Source: Candidatus Binatia bacterium
Lineage (GTDB): Bacteria > Desulfobacterota > Binatia > HRBIN30
Direction of reading: 5' to 3'
Assembly: GCA_038245295.1 (NCBI GenBank)
Contig: JBBRSP010000030.1
Location: forward strand, 14,875 to 78,874
DNA: 64,000 bases
Shown: positions 57,472 to 64,000 of the stretch, piece after piece
Layout of the letters: every line of letters begins with the position of its first letter
How positions within the stretch are numbered: position 1 is the first letter of the stretch
The notes under the pieces: generated by a model
The model's input: only the letters and a program-made list of their open reading frames with translations
What the model was told of the DNA's origin: nothing
The model's database searches: none
Program-made: the position numbers and the translations under genes

Positions 57472-58527
57472 GTGGCGGATTGGATGGAAACCGAGGTCGT
57501 TGTCGCCATCGCCGTCGCGGGCGTTGCCATCGTGCTGTTGGCGCTTGTTCTCTGGCGTCGGGCCACACGACGAGGCCTCGGCACCGAGCCGGGTAACGCC
57601 GATGCCTCAATGGCGTCGGCGCCTTCGGGCTGGGCGTCGCTACGCACCAACTTCGCGGTCGGCCGAGAGGGGCTTCTGGCGCGTCTCCGCTCAGCGTGGG
57701 GGTCGACGAGCCAGGCAGAAGGCCGTCTAGGGCGGATCGAGGAAGTCCTACTCACGGCGGATGTCGGGGTAAAAACCACCCAGCGGGTCTTGGACGCGAT
57801 CCGAGGTTCCATGAACTCGGCGCCAGAGCCTGATACGCTCCAGGAAGCATTGCGGATCGAATTGCGATCCGTCCTCGGACAGCCGCCATCCGAGGACATT
57901 CAGACCAAGCCCCATGTGGTCGTGGTTGCCGGGGTGAATGGGGTTGGGAAAACGACAACGATAGGCAAGCTGGCGAACCGCTACAAGCGCGCCGGCAAGT
58001 CGGTGCTGTTGGTCGCGGCGGATACCTTTCGGGCCGCGGCATCGGAGCAACTGCAGATCTGGGCCGCTCGGGTCGGTGTCGATTGTGTGCATCATCAGAG
58101 CGGTGCCGATCCTTCGGCGGTAGCCTTCGACGGTTTAGCCGCGGCGGCGGCTCGCGATATCGATGTTGTCATCGTCGACACGGCTGGGCGACTCCACGTC
58201 AAGCAACACCTGGTTGACGAACTCAAGAAGATTGTTCGAATCATCGGTCGGCAATGCCCGGGGGCGCCACATGAGGCTCTGTTGGTGATTGATGCGACGA
58301 CGGGGCAGAACGCGATCAGCCAGGCCCGCGTATTTCAAGAAGCGATTCCGCTGACGGGTATCGTCTTAACCAAGCTGGATGGGACGGCGAAAGGTGGGGT
58401 GGTGTTCGCGATCCGGGCTGATCTGGGCCTGCCAATCAAGTATGTGGGCCTGGGCGAGACCATTGAAGATCTCGAGCTCTTCGACCCCGATGCCTTTTTG
58501 GATGCGTTGCTCGATTCGTCGAGTTGA
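57472..58527 (+). CDS. ftsY: Signal recognition particle receptor FtsY
   Basis: GVNGVGKTTTIGK, DTFRAAA, DTAGR, TKLDGTAKGG; N-terminal TM segment. Confidence 0.96.
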   Translation: MADWMETEVVVAIAVAGVAIVLLALVLWRRATRRGLGTEPGNADASMASAPSGWASLRTNFAVGREGLLARLRSAWGSTSQAEGRLGRIEEVLLTADVGVKTTQRVLDAIRGSMNSAPEPDTLQEALRIELRSVLGQPPSEDIQTKPHVVVVAGVNGVGKTTTIGKLANRYKRAGKSVLLVAADTFRAAASEQLQIWAARVGVDCVHHQSGADPSAVAFDGLAAAAARDIDVVIVDTAGRLHVKQHLVDELKKIVRIIGRQCPGAPHEALLVIDATTGQNAISQARVFQEAIPLTGIVLTKLDGTAKGGVVFAIRADLGLPIKYVGLGETIEDLELFDPDAFLDALLDSSS

Positions 58528-58671
58528 CTCGGGTTGATCCGGCTCGGGATGGAAAACTCGTGATTGAATGTTGGAAAGTTCCGCGGAAGCGGTTAGATCA
58601 GCCGTCATAATCACGAACCCGAAGGCCGTGGACCCGTCTAGCCTTGGGGGCGTGTGCTAAATAAGAAAGGA

Positions 58672-58810
58672 GAGGTGCCGACCGGTTTGGACGGAACCGA
58701 TCTGCACCAAGGGCGTCCAGGGGCCAAAGAGAATGATCCGATTGCTGCCTCTCCAGAGGCAGCGACTGTGAAGTAGGGGTTGGGGACAGCGCACGCGGTC
58801 GGTAGACCTC
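58672..58810 (+). ncRNA. ssrS: Probable 6S RNA (structured RNA upstream of ygfA); boundaries approximate
   Basis: Ends pair (GAGGTGCCGACCG/CGGTCGGTAGACCTC); hairpin GCTGCCTC-TCCA-GAGGCAGC; TGCTAAAT extended -10-like element just upstream; position before ygfA is typical for 6S. Confidence 0.5.
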
Positions 58811-58967
58811 GGACATGTGTTGAGCTGAGGGATTGCGACAGGCGTGGAGCAAGGCAAGTCGGATAGGGATGAAGGTGATTAGGCTAATCGAAGACCGACG
58901 ATGAGACATCGGTAAGGCTTAGTTCCCAATCGGATTGTTGATCGAAGGCCCGGGTGCCGGCCCGGCC

Positions 58968-59573
58968 ATGCATTCACAAAAAACGGCCATTCGGCTCGCC
59001 ATGTGTCGCCGCCGCAGGGGTCTTTCGGCCGCTGTGGTCCGAGATGCCGGCGTCGCTGTTGCTGCAAGGTTGCGGCGGACAGCCTTCTTTGAGGCGGCGG
59101 TATCCGTGGCTGCGTACCTCAGTGTTGAGGGGGAAGTCGATACCACTGAGACGATCGAGGCGGCATTCTCTTCCAGTAAAATCGTTTATCTTCCAAGGGT
59201 TACGAACCCGTCAGGGTTTGTTCGGTGTTGCCGCGAGGTCGGTTTGCGTACGATCCGCGGGAACATTTCCGAGCCTGCCGAGGGCCTCCCAGAAGCGCCG
59301 GTTCGGCCTGGGTTAATCCTGCTACCGGTGGTCGGTTGGGCAGGAGATGGCACGCGGTTAGGCCGCGGCGGGGGATATTATGATCGTCTCCTGTCGCAAG
59401 GTTCGCGTCGAGGTCTGACGCTAGTCGGATTGGCTTACGAGTGGCAGCGTTTCGACAACCTCCCACGGGAGAGTTGGGACGTGCCCCTCGACTACGTAAT
59501 TACGGAGTCGAATGTGATCACCTGCGAACAGGCTGATCATGTTGGCACCGGAAAGGAGGTAGCGGGTTTATGA
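58968..59573 (+). CDS. ygfA: 5-formyltetrahydrofolate cyclo-ligase
   Basis: GEVDT, YLPR, ISEP, RLGRGGGYYDR, WDVPLDYVITE. Confidence 0.92.
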   Translation: MHSQKTAIRLAMCRRRRGLSAAVVRDAGVAVAARLRRTAFFEAAVSVAAYLSVEGEVDTTETIEAAFSSSKIVYLPRVTNPSGFVRCCREVGLRTIRGNISEPAEGLPEAPVRPGLILLPVVGWAGDGTRLGRGGGYYDRLLSQGSRRGLTLVGLAYEWQRFDNLPRESWDVPLDYVITESNVITCEQADHVGTGKEVAGL

Positions 59574-61135
59574 TGGCATATATCTTTGATGTGGTTGTTG
59601 CCGCAGTAGTCGGAGTCGTCCTGGCCTTTGTGTTGGACGCGATGCGGCGGCGCCAAGCGTCGCAGGCTCAAGTATCGGCGACCGATCAGGCGCGTATACT
59701 CGTTGAGCAGGCGCGTGTGGAGTCGGAATCCCTCCGGAAACAGGGGGAGGTCCAGGGCAAAGAACTTCTCCTCCAGGCGCGAACGGAGGCCGAGAACGAG
59801 TCGCGCGAGAGGCGGCGAGAGCTCCAGCAGTCCGAGCGACGCCTGGCTCAGAAGGAGGAATCGTTAGACAAGAAGATCGATCAGGCCGACAAGCGCGATG
59901 CCGAGAGCGGACGGCGCGAGCAGCAGCTCAAGCAGGTGGAAACCCGTGTAGAGGAGAAAGAGGAGCAACTCGGGAAGCTGGTCGAGGAAGCAAGGCAGCG
60001 ACTGGAAGATAGCGCGGGGATGACACGTGAGGAGGCCAAGCGGTCGCTCATCGATCAAATGACCGATGAGGCACGGCACGAAGCGGCCAAGCGTATACGG
60101 TTGGTCGAAGAAGAGGCCCGGGCTGAAGCGGACAGGCGAGCCAAGCGGGTGATCACGGTTGCCGTCGAGCGCCTAGCTGGCGACTTCATCGCTGAACGCA
60201 CTGTCTCGGCTGTTCATCTTCCCAACGACGAGATGAAGGGCAGAATTATCGGGCGTGAGGGGCGCAATATCCGCGCGATCGAGGCGGCAACCGGCGTGGA
60301 TCTGATTGTCGATGATACGCCGGAGACCGTGATTGTGTCGTGTCACAATCCGATTCGCCGTGAAATTGCGCGCATCGCGATCGAACGACTCATCTCGGAC
60401 GGCAGGATCCACCCGGGGCGGATTGAAGAAATCGTGCGCAAGGCCGAGCAGGAGCTCGAAGAGAATGTCCGTGAGGCTGGCCAGAAAGCGCTTTTTGAGG
60501 TTGGAATCCATGGGATGCATCCGGAGCTCGTCAAGCTTCTGGGGATGCTGCGTTACCGATACAGCTACGCCCAGAACGTCCTGATGCACTCTATGGAGGC
60601 GGCGTTTATCTGTGGTGCGATGGCGGCTGAGCTGGGGTTGAACGAGAAGCAGGCGCGGCGTGCGGCATTGCTGCACGATATCGGCAAAGCGCTGACCCAC
60701 GAAGTCGAGGGATCTCACGCGATCATCGGCGCCGACATAGCCCGGAAATATGGTGAGTCGGCCAAGATCGTCAACGCGATTGCCGCGCATCACGAAGAAG
60801 TGAAGGCCGAGACCATTCTTGCCCCGCTGGTTGATGCCGCCGACGCAATCTCGGGTGCACGCCCTGGTGCACGCCGTGAAATGCTCGAGAGTTACGTAAA
60901 GCGATTGGAAGACCTGGAGCGCATCAGTAACTCCTTCAAGGGAGTGGAAAAGTCATTCGCCGTGCAGGCAGGACGAGAGATTCGCATCATTGTCGAGCCC
61001 AAAGCGGTCAATGACGAGGGCGTCTCAAACCTTGCTCACGAGATTGCGCGTAAGATTGAAGGCGAAATGCAGTATCCGGGACAGATCAAAGTGACAGTGA
61101 TCCGCGAGACGCGGTCGAGCGAGTTTGCGCGGTGA
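59570..61135 (+). CDS. rny: Ribonuclease Y
   Basis: TM, coiled coil, KH (MKGRIIGREGRNIR), HD (LLHDIGK), YPGQIKVTVIRE. Confidence 0.97.
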   Translation: MMAYIFDVVVAAVVGVVLAFVLDAMRRRQASQAQVSATDQARILVEQARVESESLRKQGEVQGKELLLQARTEAENESRERRRELQQSERRLAQKEESLDKKIDQADKRDAESGRREQQLKQVETRVEEKEEQLGKLVEEARQRLEDSAGMTREEAKRSLIDQMTDEARHEAAKRIRLVEEEARAEADRRAKRVITVAVERLAGDFIAERTVSAVHLPNDEMKGRIIGREGRNIRAIEAATGVDLIVDDTPETVIVSCHNPIRREIARIAIERLISDGRIHPGRIEEIVRKAEQELEENVREAGQKALFEVGIHGMHPELVKLLGMLRYRYSYAQNVLMHSMEAAFICGAMAAELGLNEKQARRAALLHDIGKALTHEVEGSHAIIGADIARKYGESAKIVNAIAAHHEEVKAETILAPLVDAADAISGARPGARREMLESYVKRLEDLERISNSFKGVEKSFAVQAGREIRIIVEPKAVNDEGVSNLAHEIARKIEGEMQYPGQIKVTVIRETRSSEFAR

Positions 61136-61150
61136 GATCCACGTGAGTCG

Positions 61151-61933
61151 ATGAATCTTCTTTTTCTCGGTGACGTTGTTGGTAAGCCTGGCTGTAGGGC
61201 GGTTTGCGAGGTCTTGCCGCGATTGATCGATCGGGAGTTCATCGACTTCACGGTGGTCAACGCCGAGAATGTGGAGGACGGAGCCGGCCTTGAGATCGGC
61301 CTGATGAACCGCCTGCTCGCCGCTGGTGCGAATGTTTTGACGTCCGGCAATCATGCCTACCGGCGATCGGAGATTATTCCCTACCTTGAGGTGGAGCCCA
61401 TGTTCCTCAGGCCGGCTAATTTCCCCGGTGCGAGCCCCGGCTCAGGTTGGACGATCGGCAACACCGCTTCCGGAGAGTCGGTTGCCGTCATCAATCTCAT
61501 TGGGCGGGTCTTCATGGATCCAAGCGATTGCCCCTTCCAGGTGGTCGATCGTGTGCTCGGGCAAATTCGCGACAAGGCGACGACGGTCGTCGTTGATATG
61601 CATGCGGAGGCTACCTCGGAAAAACAAGCGATGGGATGGTACCTCGATGGACGAGTGTCGGCCGTCCTTGGGACCCATACGCATGTTCAGACTGCCGATG
61701 AACGCATCCTCCCACGCGGCACGGCGTATTTGTCCGACGCCGGGATGTGTGGGCCGATCGATTCTGTGATCGGTGCCCGTCCCGAGGACGGCATCCGCCG
61801 GTTCCACACGGCGGTGCCCACGAAGCTGAAGGTGGCCTCGGGTCCGACGATAGTTTCGGGCGCGATTGTATCGGTAAATGAACAGGGCCAAGCGCTTTCC
61901 ATTCGCCGAGTTCAAGAGAAAGTCCCAGCATGA
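61151..61933 (+). CDS. ymdB: YmdB-like metallophosphoesterase (TIGR00282)
   Basis: [35 protein letters not shown]. Confidence 0.93.
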   Translation: MNLLFLGDVVGKPGCRAVCEVLPRLIDREFIDFTVVNAENVEDGAGLEIGLMNRLLAAGANVLTSGNHAYRRSEIIPYLEVEPMFLRPANFPGASPGSGWTIGNTASGESVAVINLIGRVFMDPSDCPFQVVDRVLGQIRDKATTVVVDMHAEATSEKQAMGWYLDGRVSAVLGTHTHVQTADERILPRGTAYLSDAGMCGPIDSVIGARPEDGIRRFHTAVPTKLKVASGPTIVSGAIVSVNEQGQALSIRRVQEKVPA

Positions 61934-63144
61934 TTGATGTCCGAGAGCAGCTAGCCGCCGTACGCCGCGGCAGCGTCGACCTTCTCCAAGAGAAGGATCT
62001 CATTGCGAAGATGGAGGAAGGGCGCCCGTTACGGGTGAAGTTCGGCGCCGACCCGTCGGCTCCGGATTTGCACCTCGGGCACACCGTCGCATTAACCAAG
62101 CTGAGACAGCTCCAAGACCTCGGGCATCACATCATCTTTCTCATTGGGGACTTCACCGGGATGATTGGCGATCCGACGGGGAAATCGGAGACGCGAAAGG
62201 CGCTGAGCCGGGATGAGGTGCGCGCCAACGCGGAGACGTATCGCCAGCAGGTCTTCAAGGTGCTGGACCCTGATGCCACGGAAGTTCGTTTCAATTCCGA
62301 GTGGATGGAGAAAATGACGGCGGCCGACATGGTTCGCCTTAGCTCGCAGTACACCGTAGCGAGGCTCCTCGAGCGGGACGATTTTGCCAAGCGTTACGAA
62401 CAGCAGCGACCGATCGGAGTGCATGAGTTCCTCTATCCGCTCGTCCAGGGATACGATTCTGTCGCATTGCGGGCGGATATCGAGGTGGGAGGGACGGACC
62501 AACGGTTCAATCTATTGGTCGGTCGCGAACTGCAACGTGCCTACGGGCAACCGCCGCAGGTCGTCTTGACGTTGCCTCTTCTGGAGGGAGTCGATGGAGT
62601 CCAGAAGATGAGTAAATCCCTTGGAAATGCGGTCGGCGTCGCGGATGCTCCGCAGCAAATGTTCGGGAAGATCATGTCGATCTCCGACCAACTGATGGTG
62701 CGCTACTACGCGCTGCTTACCTCGGAGAACACAACGGAGCTATCCTCTCGAATATCCGCTCAGCAGCTTCACCCGATGGCAGCGAAGAAATCCTTGGCCG
62801 GCCAGCTCGTGGCGCGGTTTCACGGCTCGGCAGCCGCCGACGCAGCGCTCGCCGCGTTTGAGGGGCAATTTCAGCGTCATGAGCTTCCTTCCGATACCGA
62901 TACGCACGTCTGGGAGGCTGATTCACCCGACTCCAGCGTGCCTGTGGTTTCCCTCCTGGCACGCCTCGGCTTTGCCAAGTCGAACAGTGAGGCCAGGCGA
63001 CTGATCCAACAGGGAGGGGTGCGCATTGGGAACGAGCGTGTCGTCGCAATCGACGCGACCGTAGCTGCGACTGGCCGTCTCGAAGTTCGCGTCGGAACTC
63101 GCCGGATCGCGATTGTCGAGTTTCTTCAAAAAAAGCATGAGTAG
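61930..63144 (+). CDS. tyrS: Tyrosine--tRNA ligase
   Basis: [24 protein letters not shown]-terminal S4 domain. Confidence 0.97.
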   Translation: MIDVREQLAAVRRGSVDLLQEKDLIAKMEEGRPLRVKFGADPSAPDLHLGHTVALTKLRQLQDLGHHIIFLIGDFTGMIGDPTGKSETRKALSRDEVRANAETYRQQVFKVLDPDATEVRFNSEWMEKMTAADMVRLSSQYTVARLLERDDFAKRYEQQRPIGVHEFLYPLVQGYDSVALRADIEVGGTDQRFNLLVGRELQRAYGQPPQVVLTLPLLEGVDGVQKMSKSLGNAVGVADAPQQMFGKIMSISDQLMVRYYALLTSENTTELSSRISAQQLHPMAAKKSLAGQLVARFHGSAAADAALAAFEGQFQRHELPSDTDTHVWEADSPDSSVPVVSLLARLGFAKSNSEARRLIQQGGVRIGNERVVAIDATVAATGRLEVRVGTRRIAIVEFLQKKHE

Positions 63145-63212
63145 CCGTTGACGCGCCCTGGCTGCTTGCCTATTAACCCCCCTCGCCGCGGTTTGCGGTC
63201 GGTCTTTGAAAA
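63128..63212 (+). promoter_or_regulatory. rRNA operon promoter and boxA
   Basis: A-tract, TTGACG (63148)-17 bp-TATTAA (63171), GC-rich discriminator, boxA-like GGTCTTTGAAAA (63201). Confidence 0.7.
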
Positions 63213-63321
63213 CTAGGCAGTGAACACACGTCTGAGGCTCTTGAGCTTCAGTACGCAAGATAAGTCGAGACGGAATCGGAGCACCGTTGATAAGAAGGCA
63301 GTTCGCTGGCTTCTTTGAATT

Positions 63322-64000
<679 letters not shown>

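Noticed and set aside
58528..58670. SRP RNA (ffs) after ftsY
   Set aside because: The conserved helix 8 motif (CAGG...GGAA...AGCAG) was not found.

Overview
GC-rich bacterial chromosomal window. The gene content (MYXO-CTERM protein, dockerin-like C-terminal domain, CYP125/142-like P450s, SCP-x thiolase, smc-ftsY-ygfA-rny-ymdB-tyrS-16S block) suggests a deltaproteobacteria-like organism, possibly Candidatus Binatia; this is inference. Most of the window is housekeeping or metabolic: a complex I cluster, a mitochondrial-type aconitase, nadC-birA-coaX-coaX-EF-G2, valS, a MoxR/DUF58 module, mscL, an M23 peptidase, smc, ftsY, rny, tyrS and the 5' part of a 16S rRNA. No CRISPR array, tRNA, transposase or prophage was seen. 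Best leads: (1) a complex I operon holding only the soluble arm (nuoB-G-I-CD-EF, with NuoE fused to NuoF) followed by a small unknown ORF; (2) tandem type III pantothenate kinases whose second copy has Gly->Ser in all three ATP-binding loops (candidate pseudokinase/heterodimer); (3) an Fe-S aldo/keto reductase with two N-terminal TM helices and an internal twin-arginine-like motif (candidate new Sec/Tat co-inserted family); (4) a CarH-type B12 photoreceptor heading a non-carotenoid cluster; (5) tandem NrdR-like boxes before smc; (6) several REP/MITE-like inverted-repeat families, including a nested 404-bp element. All product calls come from motif recognition by eye, not database searches.
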